Of a DNA stretch of 64,000 nucleotides, positions 10,584 to 22,400 are shown one piece after another; positions within the stretch are counted from its first letter, which is position 1, and every line of letters starts with the position of its first letter. Origin of the DNA: Paraphysomonas bandaiensis (taxonomy: Eukaryota; Protista; Chrysophyceae); assembly GCA_965644295.1 (NCBI GenBank), contig CBFFRP010000285.1, positions 1-64,000 on the forward strand, written 5' to 3'. The notes beneath the pieces were generated by a model. It saw nothing but the letters and a program-made list of their open reading frames with translations, searched no databases and was not told where the DNA came from. A program made the position numbers and the translations under genes.

Positions 10584-11433
10584 TAGTCTAGTAGTTACTG
10601 TTGTTATTGTTGCATTGCTGAAACCTAAAGTCCTTTTTCTGGTAGTTACTTTCTTCTCAGCCAAGTTACCATAATATGTCATTAACAGTTGTCGCATGTT
10701 CTAGGAAATTGTTTAGCTGATGTCGATATGGTGAAGTATTAGGATATACCCACCTCGTACATTGCGTACATCGATAGCTACTAACAGATTTCAGAATATG
10801 ATATGGACAGTATAATAGTATTAGGCATTGTGAAAAAACTTCTATGAGTTTCGTTTACCAATTACTAGATATCGTTGCACTTTCAATTGTTAATAGGAAT
10901 AGTTATCAAATAATTATATTTAAGTTACAATGCTGTACTGTTGGGATGAAGGATGGAGTACTCTTGCAATGTTTACAAGAAACTCTTGGGTATACACATA
11001 GTTGATTAAATGCAACGTGATGTAAGGATTCTACTACAGCTTTGAACTCTCTTGAATTGAGAGGGAGTGCTGAGCTTTGCTTATTGGTAAACAACTAAAA
11101 TTTGTATACTCAAGGTTTGAAAATACGATATTTTAAGACAGATTATTACACGAACATAAATGATACACTATGAAATAGCTTCGTATGTAGTATTTTGAGT
11201 AGTATTGGTGCTTTTCACTGCCGTACTGCGTAAAAAAAGCAATGTTGAGAGTGAACTTTCGTAAGAAATTTGCCACAATAGCTTCTTCATTTTCTAATAT
11301 AGGGTACTATTGCTTCGAATTATTATACGATATAAATATAATTTCTCAAGAACGCTTTGCGCTGTTCAATTCCAGTTATTCAAAATGTAACACACAGTTA
11401 AGGGGGTACTACGTGCAAGTTGTACAGTTGGAA

Positions 11434-13798
11434 TTACGTATCGAATACAATCTTGGTTGCTTTCTTTCCTATCAGATCTGCCTTAGGTCCGAAATCTCCA
11501 TATAACTGAGAAAAGAAATAAATCACATACGAATACAAGACAGGCAAGCACTAACCTTGCTCTGCTTCTTCTTGGTGACCAACGGGTACTGGTAAATTTC
11601 CTTGGGAACTTCTTGATTAGCATCTTGAAGAACACCCACTAATCCCCCTGTATAAAATAGTCAAGATATTTCAGAGAATATTTCTACTCATACCGGCCAA
11701 CCCTTTATCGAAGTCAGTAAAGAAAGTGTGCGAGATTCCAGAGGCTCCACCTCTCCCAGTTCTTCCAATACGATGAACATAGTCTTCCACTGTAATAGAA
11801 ACCAATCAGAAAACATGAATATACATCTATGCATGCCGCTGAGTGCATACCTGTCAGCGGAAAAGAATAATTGAGAACATACTGTTGAAACGCAAGAGTT
11901 AATCTTCTGCATCAACGAAAAGTAGGTACTGACCTCTACTTGTGGAATATCTAGCCCTCTAGCTGCAACATCTGTTGCAATAAGAAGTGGAATTCTACCA
12001 GACTTAAACTCCTCAAGAGCAGAAGTTCGGTCATGTTGGTTCTTGTCGCCGTGTATAGCTGCAAGTAACATAAGTGTCAGAAAAATAAAACGAATTGTAA
12101 CGTACCCGTCACACTATAACCACGTCCTTCTAGAGTATTCTGAAGTGTCACAGCCTCCCGTTTATACAACACAAATATCAGGCATCTGTTTTTCCTGCTC
12201 TTGTGGTACTTCGCAAGAAGCTCCATGAGACGCCTGTCCTGTAGATATCAAAAACGTCAGTGCATATGTATGCACATTTCCTGCTACGTACCTTCATTCG
12301 CGCATCAATGCACTCCACTATTTGTGTTACCCTGTCACACTATTTACAACGGCACGAAAGACAATAAAGTATACTTCACCTATGGTTAGCGCTAAGTTCA
12401 TCTCCCCCTACAGTCACGCGAATGGCAGCATTACTGAGGAAAGTGTCAGCCAGTGCTCTGATCTCCTCCGGCCATGTTGCACTGAACATGACAGTCTGTC
12501 TCCCAACACCGGCTTTGGCATTAGCAGCAGGACACTTGCCGATTATTCTACGGATAGCTAAATAAAATTGAATTAGGAATCAGACTGACAAAGACTTTTG
12601 TCTGTGGTACCTGGCTCAAACCCGTCGTCAAGCATACGATCTGCCTCGTCAAGAACTAGATAGCGGATGTCTGTAAACACATGGTTTGAGTTCAGGTACC
12701 ACATAAACCGTGAGAACCTACCCTCCAAAGTAAGGGAGTTATCGTCAATGAGGTCTTCAAGCCTGCCTGGAGTGGCCACTACCACATCTACACCACCGTT
12801 CGCACGAAGCTCATTCTTCTGAGTATGTTTCGAGACGCCGCCGTAAACACAAACGCAATGCGCGGAACCAATCTCAATCACTACATTGTGACTCTGCATT
12901 GCCAGTTCCCTGCTCAACATGTCAAATAAGTCAACAATAATGGTTTAAGTAACGACCTTGTAGGAGCAAGTATAAGCATTCGAGGTCGAGGGACACCCTT
13001 TCTGCTCAAGGACGCAGGACCTTCTTTTGCCAGTGCAAGCAGAGCAGGAATAACAAATGCTAGTGTCTTCCCGGATCCGGTAGCAGCAATGCCAATAGCA
13101 TCTTTTCCGGAAAGTAATATTGGCCAGCATTGAGACTACAAAGAAAAATAAACAACTTATAATGCAGACGTGTTTAATCGAACCTGAATGGGTGACGGTT
13201 TCTTGAATTTTTTCGCCTCAATGTATTGTTTAACCTCCGGACAGTGATTCCCAAGTGAAGGGTAAAGCTGGGAAAACTCAGTAATAGGCTTGTACTGCTC
13301 AGAGGCTTCTTCTGGAGTGACTACCATATCAACTTCACGTCTGTAAGCTGCCACTGAATCTCTAGACATCGCAACAACATCTGGATGTAGGACGTAGTTC
13401 CCTCCGCTTGTTGACCCCATGGAGGTATGAGATGATCCATTGGAATCCGCAGCACCCTCAGATTTGTCCTTCTTCTTCTTTTTCTGCTTCCGGTCCTTTT
13501 TCTCAGACTTTCCATTACTGAAGTTAGCAGTATTCATCTCCTGAGGAGCCTCTGTCTCAACCTTCTTCTTCTTCTTGGACTTCACAGATTCATCAGATCC
13601 AGATGATGATACAATCTGATTAACAGAAATCTCATTCTTTTGTTCATCTTTATCTTTTCTTTTTCTTTTCTTTTCTTTATGTTCTATAGATGTATGTATG
13701 ACAGATGACTCAGTGATCTCATTCATTGTCACATCATTCTTCTTGTCTTTATTCTTCTTTGATTTCTTGTATTTCTTTGTATGTAATGTTGAATCCAT
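11434..13798 (-). CDS. DBP3: DEAD-box RNA helicase DBP3 (ribosome biogenesis), multi-exon
   Basis: Lys-rich N-terminus; [50 protein letters not shown]; DBP3-type tail KKKQSKLYG...KKATKIVFD. Confidence 0.88.
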
Positions 13799-14052
13799 AA
13801 TGAGATATTATCAATCTGATAGTTCGATTAATTACTATTATATTAATGTATCTAGTGAGGTTATTATAGTTAGTAACACAGTAACGTTGTGTATATATGA
13901 TGCGTGTTGATTGGTATGGAGTTCTTCTTAATGGTCCACGACCAGGACAGAGACACAGCCATTCAATAACCATTCGCTAAAATAAAGTCGTCATTCAAGT
14001 GTATAATAATATATACATATATATATAGTAATTTCTGAAGGGATTAATATGT

Positions 14053-14125
14053 ACCGCGTTAGCTCAGTCGGTAGAGCGCTGGCCTTTTAAGCCAGTGGTC
14101 GTGGGTTCGAGCCCCACATGCGGTG
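14053..14125 (+). tRNA. tRNA-Lys(UUU)
   Basis: Cloverleaf: acceptor ACCGCGT/ATGCGGT, D stem GCTC/GAGC, anticodon stem CTGGC/GCCAG with loop CTTTTAA, T arm GTGGG-TTCGAGC-CCCAC, G73. Followed by a poly-T Pol III terminator. Confidence 0.95.
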
Positions 14126-14442
14126 CAACTTTTTTTTTTGGAAAGAAGAATATTTTTTGTAGTCAACTTTTTACATCAAAAAATATTTTTTACAAGTGGA
14201 ATAATAGGCATTTTGCCTTTTGACGTTTTTCACATGAAAAATTTCATTACTGTACCCATTTTACTGCAAGATATACTGTATATTGAACGCGACTACGTAG
14301 ATACCCCATAACATATTTCGAGTCTACGAATTATTGCATAAATATCACTGTATATACTGTAATTCTGTCTGTGAGCAAAAAAATTGGTGCAAAGTTGGAA
14401 AATATATTTTTTGATGCTTATTCTTTCCAAAAAAAAAAGTTG

Positions 14443-14515
14443 CACCGCATGTGGGGCTCGAACCCACGACCACTGGCTTAAAAGGCCAGCGCTCTACCGA
14501 CTGAGCTAACGCGGT
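14443..14515 (-). tRNA. tRNA-Lys(UUU), identical inverted copy
   Basis: Exact reverse complement of 14053-14125, with its own poly-T terminator. Confidence 0.95.
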
Positions 14516-15414
14516 ACTTTGTTGCGTTAGATGACGATAACGTGTAAAAATATTGAATATATAAATGCTTAATATTTATAAGACATGTGTGTGTTGTTAT
14601 ATCCATATATACAGTTACAAGCAGTCAGATGTCGTTAAAGATACATACATACATCTATAGTCAATAGACCATCATTATATCGCATATTGTTGAGCCGGTT
14701 CGAGATGGATTGTAATACTATTAACAGGAAGATATCTCACAAGATATCTGATTGAAAACAATACAACATACATGTCGTTTACTTCAAACAGTGACGGTGT
14801 TGTTAGTACAGTCTAATCCTCTGAAACAAACAAAACTACAGACCGAATCCACAGTAAATATCAGCAATTTAGAGTTGTTTTATGCGGGACGTCACTGAGA
14901 TGATAACAACGTTCTGATACTCTCACATCACGTATCCCCAACACCTCCCACCACTAACATACACATCGACGAATCACACACTGAATTTCAACAACACACA
15001 CTCCAACTTGTTTAAGAATAGTCGAAATAGATACCCGAAGTATTAACGGCTTTGAATCATGCAGGTACACTATCCACGTTGCTGGTAAAATCTACTTCTC
15101 GTAAAATAGATCCATACAATGTAGCTCCCATCTCCTATTGCAGAACAACACACGCATATGATTATATGTTTGCCCCACCAATAGAGTAACCCCCTGATCA
15201 AGAGATAAACCAGGAGTGGTTACAGAATAGCTTGTAGTAGCACACAAGAAGTTCCTGAGAATCACTATAGATCCTTGTCATATAATTATGACACACAGAA
15301 AACTACAACATAGTTAACTGCTTTATGTGAGGCTCATCATACTAATCAGATTTTTGTGTGTAGGGAAATATGCTACCAATATCTAGAACAAAATTACTTT
15401 TGTAGTTAGATAGG

Positions 15415-15584
15415 TGAAAGTAATCATGCTACTTAACCCTCTATTATTCTTTATTATGTCAAGCTTGACTAGTCTTCAACTTACTACTTATCTGTTAGAG
15501 TCAGAACTAACTAGCAAAACAATTTAACTAACTAGTGCTTAACTCTGACGTTCTACTATTTAGCGCTACGAAAGCTGCTTGTGT
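15415..15584 (-). mobile_element. Short 3'-end fragment of the LINE/SINE family
   Basis: The reverse complement reads CACAAGCAGCTTTCGTAGCGCTAAATAGTAG...ACTTTCA. The motif is shared with 16047 and 18038, and the ACTTTCA terminus with the copies ending at 18186 and 17294. Confidence 0.7.
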
Positions 15585-15665
15585 ATAAATACTTCAAGCT
15601 CACTCAAATAAGCTCTAAAGACTCAACTGGCTGGCTGTTTTAATTACATAGCATCTTAAGCTGTG

Positions 15666-16200
15666 TAGCTACTCCCTCAACAAAGCACCACCATGTGGTG
15701 TTGAGGGGGATGAGTACCGGAGATATTTCTTCGAGAAACTAACGTGAGCCGCATATACAGTGAGCAGATATTGTTCTGCCCACTCATAGCCAAATGCTTG
15801 TGTGGAACAAGTGACGCTAAGTAGTCTTTGGGCCTTGTCAAATATACAGGCATTCGGGAATGAACTCACCTCAAGGGCATCCGGGTTATTGGGCTGCCTG
15901 ATGAAGTCAAGCATCCGGGCTGTTCACCTTAAGGACTCAAAAATCTTGAAGTCAGCATATGTCATATCAACATTCTGCTTGCTCACTGCGTTTGTTTTGA
16001 GTGATAGAGCGAAAGTGGTTGCACGTTTGTACTTGAAGTAGTGACGAACAAGCAGCTTTCGTAGCGCTTAGTAGTAGGATATAAGAATTAAGTAGTAGCT
16101 AGTTGAGTTGTAATGCTAAATTCTGGCTCGTAAACGTCTACTTCTGATAAATTCACTACTAGTTAATTTAATTGTGTTGAGTTTATGAAACTGAGTTGTA
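15666..16200 (+). mobile_element. SINE-like non-coding element with a structured 5' domain and a LINE-derived 3' tail
   Basis: 15711-15935 and 16014-16110 align with the inverted copy at 44366-44706. The 3' part carries the AAGTGGTTGCAC...CAAGCAGCTTTCGTAGCGC motif of the LINE fragments. Boundaries are approximate. Confidence 0.6.
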
Positions 16201-16531
16201 CTCTTGTCCAACTATGCAAGAAATTACGTCAGTTGAAAAGTGCAAGTAAGCGGTACAAGAATAAACCACCACCTGCTAAACTAAAGGGTATCTAATAATA
16301 CAGTTGACTGCATCATACGGTTCAGTGGTATAAGAAAATTGTCCACTCATCTGCGTGGGTGTGACCTTGGTGTTGATGTCTTACGACTTATCCCAAACGA
16401 AATGGATCATGCCAGAATGGATACTTATGTCTCATTTAGAACGGTTTAACATCGTTTGCAAACGAATGCAATCAAAAAAAGAATAAAACCTTGAACTGGA
16501 TGATGTACCAGAACAATTTGATGATATGGCT

Positions 16532-18190
16532 TTCACAGCCACAAAAACGCGCTTCAAGAAGAACTGAGAAATCCGGTACTACCCCAATGGACCTCCACTG
16601 TACTCCAGCGGCTCTCCAGCAGGGCCTGGAATCCTTCCGTTCCACAGGTGGAGAGATTCTGGACGGGTACCATCACAACTGCACAACTTGAGACGGGTTT
16701 TGGAGATCACATCCATGAGTCACTGACACCCCAAGGACTGCGCAGCATCGAATCAGCGGTCATCAGATTGCTTCTACCGCTTTTCGCTGCAGCAAAGCTA
16801 ATAATCCAAGATCGAAGTAGACGATACGTTACCCTACAGAAAGGGCCCCCTAGGCTACTACCGCGACCACGTCCAAAACATAGACAGAAATGGAAACGCC
16901 CAAGGGTGCTAAGACTACTAGGAATCCACAGACGAACCGAGACTGGAACACCGTCCACCGCACATATGGACCCCACCAATCACACGCATAGGACCATAGC
17001 ACCGGACCGCATGAAACCATCAGACCCTAGACAGCGGCGACGCCGTCTCCGGCAACTCCACCTATGCCTGACGCCCAGACGGTGCACTGCGACAACGACA
17101 CATTCCACCACTCCATCAACCTCTCAGCACACACATCTAGTGCTCGGTACACTCAGGACCTTAATGCAGAACCCTGTACCTCAGAGCCTGGCGTAACCTT
17201 ATCCCAAGGGGAGACCCCCGGACAACACGCGCCAGTGAGTCCTAAGACACACGAGCAGGGCGAAACTCACAAACAACATTAAGAACGGATATATGAAAGT
17301 CTGATTATTACATGAGTACGGTTGCGTACAGAAACTAGTTTATGTCTATAGACTAGCTAATAACTAGATTTGCTATATATACTACTAGTGGCGGGCAACC
17401 GTCTCGGGACTGCTTGTGCATCGCTGCGAGCACCACGGTGCAACCGTCCCTTGTAGTGAGGTTAGTCGGGGGGTCTACCTTTGGGCAATGTGTCTGGCGG
17501 GCCTGTGCCATGGATTATGTGGGGAGTGGGTGAGGCGAGATGTATGAGAGTGCAAGTCGGTGGTGGAGATGGTGCTGGTTGTTGAGGTGGGGTTTCGGCC
17601 ACAAGTAAGGAGGAGTTGTTTCCGGAGTGGTTGCGCTTGCCTCCGGAGTGTCGGGTCTGGGCTCTTGCAGAGAGTGTAGTTCGTGGGGTGGATGTCGCCT
17701 GGAGTAGCTGGAGTACTTTTGGTGTCGGGTGGGTATCCTGGGGCTGGCGTTGCTTTGCGTGTGTCGGGACCGGTGCCGCCGGTGCCGTGTCTACGTTGTG
17801 GTGTCTGTGTCCCCTATTGCGAAGCATGCGGAGCCCTCCATCATATAGGGGAAGTAGGATAGAGGCGATGGATTTTTCTAGGGCGTGGAATTGATGTTCG
17901 AGCAGTGAGCTGGATATGTGGCGTCCGAATGCGTCGGCCATTTGTGTGGCAGTAATGTGGCCGGTCCAGTAGCGCTCAACCTGGGGGGTGGTTCATTAAG
18001 AACGGAAGTGGTTGCACCTTGGTGCTTGCGGCGACGCACAAGCAGCTTCTGTAGCGCTAAATAGTAGGATAATAGAATTTGTGCTGATTAGTTATGGGTA
18101 TAGGTCTAACTAGTAGGTCTAGCATTCAACTAGCCACTATATCGGAACGAGTTTTTAACGCCTATTGCTAAATAAAAAGACTTTCAATAA
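16532..18190 (+). mobile_element. 5'-truncated non-LTR retrotransposon (outer copy) with a 13-bp TSD, interrupted by an inner copy
   Basis: TSD TGATGATATGGCT at 16519-16531 and 18191-18203. C-terminal ORF fragment (PQVERFWTGTITTAQLETGFG...). The 3' UTR motif ends AGACTTTCAATAA. Confidence 0.8.
17290..17993 (-). mobile_element. 5'-truncated non-LTR retrotransposon (inner copy of a related family) with a 13-bp TSD
   Basis: TSD CATTAAGAACGGA at 17277-17289 and 17994-18006. Homologous ORF fragment (PQVERYWTGHITATQMADAFG...). The 3' end reads AGACTTTCATATA. Confidence 0.8.
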
Positions 18191-18203
18191 TGATGATATG
18201 GCT

Positions 18204-18599
18204 CTTCAGTGCGCTGGGATGAAATCCACCTGGGTTCAGACGAGGACATTGTTCAAAATGCACAACCGAAAGCATGCACCTAACTTCCAACACGATATCG
18301 TTGCATGAGGCATTGTTACAACACTATCACTGTTAGCAAGAAGTTGTTTAGCATAGATATGATTGTTATGACTGCTTATAGCAAGCGAATGATACCTAGA
18401 CACTCGTGTTGATGCTTCTGCATGAAAATCAACGTCTTTGGGATGATATTGTAGTTCAGAAAGCTCTATTCGAAAAAGCAATAGAATTGAAGACAGAAAT
18501 GACAATGCCTATAATGGGATGCTTGGTAGATAAGTGCAATGTTATTATTGGTGGATACCTCTCACAATTTAATTGCCCATTACTTGTTACGCAAGCCTG
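18204..18599 (+). mobile_element. Decayed hAT transposon 3' end (the target of the nested LINEs)
   Basis: RYRCMRH...VSKKLFS..MIVMT..SKRMIPRH / LMLLHENQRLWDD resembles the hAT C-terminal domain at 33514. It ends in GTTACGCAAGCCTG, identical to the right TIR at 34144-34157. Confidence 0.7.
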
Positions 18600-19485
18600 T
18601 TGACTGCTCCATGTACTTATATATTATGTCATCTACATATAGAACATCACTTTCTGCTACATGCCTTGGGTGCTCCAGTAATAATTTTTTTTCTTTAAAT
18701 ACATTGATGATTTTATCATTTATCAACTACAGCTGCTGGTAATTAATCTAGGGGTTATGCTACACATTCACCACATTGCTGCCGATGTTCAACGTGAGTG
18801 TTTAGATTTACTACCTTAAGAATTCAGCCAAAGAGACCTTCCATCATCAATACAGCAGGTAATTCACCGAAAATAGACATATACTTAAATTCTGTTTCTT
18901 GACAAAAAAAGTGTGGGATAAACAACTTGAAACACACTTATTCACATTAGCTCACAGACTGAGAATCTACCGAAATAAAGCTATTTTACCTCATAGACTA
19001 CACTATTGGATGCTATTATAACAGCATCACGGTGCTCGCAGAAATGCACAAACAGTTCCCTAAACAAGTTTACGAACAACGGTTTTGGGCAAGTGCATGT
19101 AATAATTGTAACAAGTAGTAGTCCCATATAGTGGCTTTTCGTCATCTGGTACGATTATTTATTTTAGTTAAACACACAGCTTCATTAAACGAATATTCAC
19201 GGCTGCATGTATTATAAGAGAAGAGTTTTCTACATATATGTAGTGTCTTTTGTATTTCGTTCTGACAAATATCAACACAGAAAATTGCACGATAAATATA
19301 TTAAAGTAAGCTGAAATTTCTTGTTTATAAGTAGCAGAACTTTCCATCTAATTTACTCAACTTAAAAAGTACTTCTACGTTGTAATCAGGTACTGTATGT
19401 GGATGGTGTATATCCCACCGTTTCATTAGTCAATTGAAATTCTGTCATAAATAGAACTCGGTACAGGATTGCGTGTAACTCACAC

Positions 19486-22400
19486 TCACAACCAAAGGTC
19501 AAGTGGAACCAGGACCTTTGTAGATGCTGCTGGAGACAAGTCGTCGTATTTGAGGAAATCCATCGGCCAGAGTACAAGATGTCCCTGAATACGGGATACA
19601 GTATCTTGTACCTGGCTGTCTAAGTACGACCTATGGCAAAAATTCTTGAGCGCATATCGATACTCCTGTAGTGTTTTGCATTTATACACGGACAGGTCGC
19701 CATCCAAGTGATCATATATCTCAGAATTTCTAGTAGCTACATCACGCCAAAGCATGTGGTACGTATCTGACCCGCCACTGTGAACTGCGCAGTCGACAAG
19801 ACCATCTATAAAGCAGAAAATCAAAAGTATATAAACAATTAACAACAATATCACTACCAGAACACGGGTTGTTGTCGCCAACATGAGCTCTCATTAAATT
19901 CATTCGAAGCATATGTGGTAACGCCCCCGCTTGCCATCGTCGTCCTCCTAAACATATATCCACGGGAAGTGAATCTTCAATTCGAATAGCAATCTGTCAC
20001 GCTAATTCAGACTGATAAAATCGCATACTTGACCCATACTCACCTCACTATCCCTGTCTCCCATCATGCTTCGGTCATTTATATTTGCACTTCCAATTAT
20101 AGCAACTCTGTCGTCAACAATAATAATCTATACATATGTTATGCAAGTATATTTCGCCTACGAATATGCACCTTATCGTGCACATATATCTGTTCAGTAA
20201 CAAGTTTATCGTTTAAGACTCCCCAATTGCGCAAACAGTAAAACCCTATAAAATCACTTGGGTCGACGCCTGGACAACGCTTCATAAACGACTCAATTAG
20301 CGAACTTCCACCTCTGTAACGATGTCAAAATAAGGGACCACAACAAGTATGTTCGAAGTACCTGCATATAGACAAAAACTCGTAGTACAAAATAATCCTC
20401 GGACTCTCATGGTTAACGAAGTCACCGGACGGATGTTGTGGAATCACTACAATTACTCTGACGAATAGGTTAAGAGTAAGATTCCCGATGACATGTCGCA
20501 TATATACCGAAAGTTCTCTTTAGACAGAGCAGCCTTTACCAATCGTTCCAGTAGTGCGGAAACAATGGAATTTTGAACTCTATTACTACCCTCCTGTGGC
20601 TCTCCAATAAAAAACTAAAAGTATATGAACTCATTACACGAAAAGAATTAACTTTAACCTGGTTCTCTATATAGATGAGATGCTTAGCACTAGTGATAGC
20701 CTCTACCCAAGCATTTTGTATGGATCGCTCAGTAGTAGCTCCTACGGACCACAACCCAGCACTTCTTAGTACCTGGATCTAATCATTCCATTACATATTT
20801 GATCTTAACATTCAACATTGTATAATATACCTGGCATGTCCCAGTGGACTTCGGGGGAATTGGACAATGAGGCCCTGGTAAGTCCAGATTCTGATACAAA
20901 AGTTGGCACACAAAAATGTAATGTAATTCAACCGCACCTCATGCGCCAAAACGCTCATCGATAACTTACTCTCCAAATCAATAGTCTCAGTACAAGTGTA
21001 ATCTCTCTTTCCAGGAGGAAACACGTCTTCTGGAACATACATAGGTGACAATTCGGGAATTAACGTAGGCCTCTACATATGTACAAATTAGATTACATAA
21101 TACCATTTACGTGGTTCTGTACCTGATCATGACCACTTGATGACGTCGAATAATGACGACTTGCATTAGATGACAACCTTCGTCTGGTATCAGGAACAGG
21201 AACTGCACGTGACAGAGGGACTGAGGACTCTTCTGTCATTGACATCCCATTATCAGTGTAGTTAGTGTTTGAAGATGGCTCTCTTCGCCCACTCATGGCA
21301 ACAGTCCGACTGACCACCTCTCGAGAGTCTTCCGCTATATCAATACCTCTGCTTACGGGAGCTTCAGGAAAAAGTATATCAGGCACAGATGTGGGAACAT
21401 CGGGCAATATTAAATCATTTTCTCTTTCAGCCGGGGAGACTCCTTCCATAACAGTATCGACTCCTTCCATAACAGTATTTGCATCAGCTTCGTCATCGTT
21501 CCGATCAATAACATCACCACATACAGTACTACCAGGATTCACTTCGATTTCAGTTTTACCAACATAAGTGTTCCTGTCCGTTTCAGAAATATCATCTGCA
21601 TCTTCTTTTCTATCTGCAACATCGCCGCGCGTAGTAATACGAGTGACACCAACATTCACTTCGATTTTACTTTCAACGACAGATGTGTTTCTGTCAGCGT
21701 CGGAAATATCATTAACCTCCACTTTCCGATCAGCAACATCAGCGCAATCAGCAATATGAGTAGCGCCAATATTCACATCGATTTCAGTTTCAACAATATC
21801 AGTGGTCCTAACTTCATCGAAATCAGTAGCTTCGGGCTGGAGTATATGAGTGTAATCCTGATGCAAATTGATTTCATCTACTCCAATATTTGCAACAAAT
21901 GACGGCGGTACGGAGCAGCTTGGTGCCGTTATACTATCTACAGTAGCTGTCGGAGCTCTTGCTTCAGATGTATAATGTATAGTAGCATTTGCCATCGTAC
22001 TGCTTCTTGTTGGGGGTATATCTTTAAATTCCTGGGCATACCTGGAAACTTCGACTTTGTATTCAGCAGCTGCAGTGGCTGTACAAGATATAATTAGCAA
22101 ATTACTACAGTTGTATATAGACTTGCCTGTATGATACTGTTGCTGACTCCCATTTACATCAGGTAATGTCGGATATATACTACTATATCTGTCACCCACA
22201 TCATGCAGTGAGGCTTGTGGGTCGTGATCCGCATATACGACATTGGACTCTGTAGGTGGGTAACTGATATACGATTCACCTATCCCGTTATTCTTTATTT
22301 CCTCTTTTCCCACGAAGCTGTTACTGCTTTGCAACAGTGGTGCCGCGGGTACAGCAGAAGGATCACATTGTTGCGAAGGCGCATTTTGAATTTCAATTTC

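Noticed and set aside
15700-15940. Hammerhead ribozyme (GATGAG...GAAAC and CTGATGA seen)
   Set aside because: The core elements are not arranged with the required stems, and the second copy has CTGTTGA at the CTGATGA position.
16304-16311. TTGACTGC as the left TSD of the decayed hAT ending at 18599
   Set aside because: It matches the right flank, but no left TIR follows it, so it may be coincidental.
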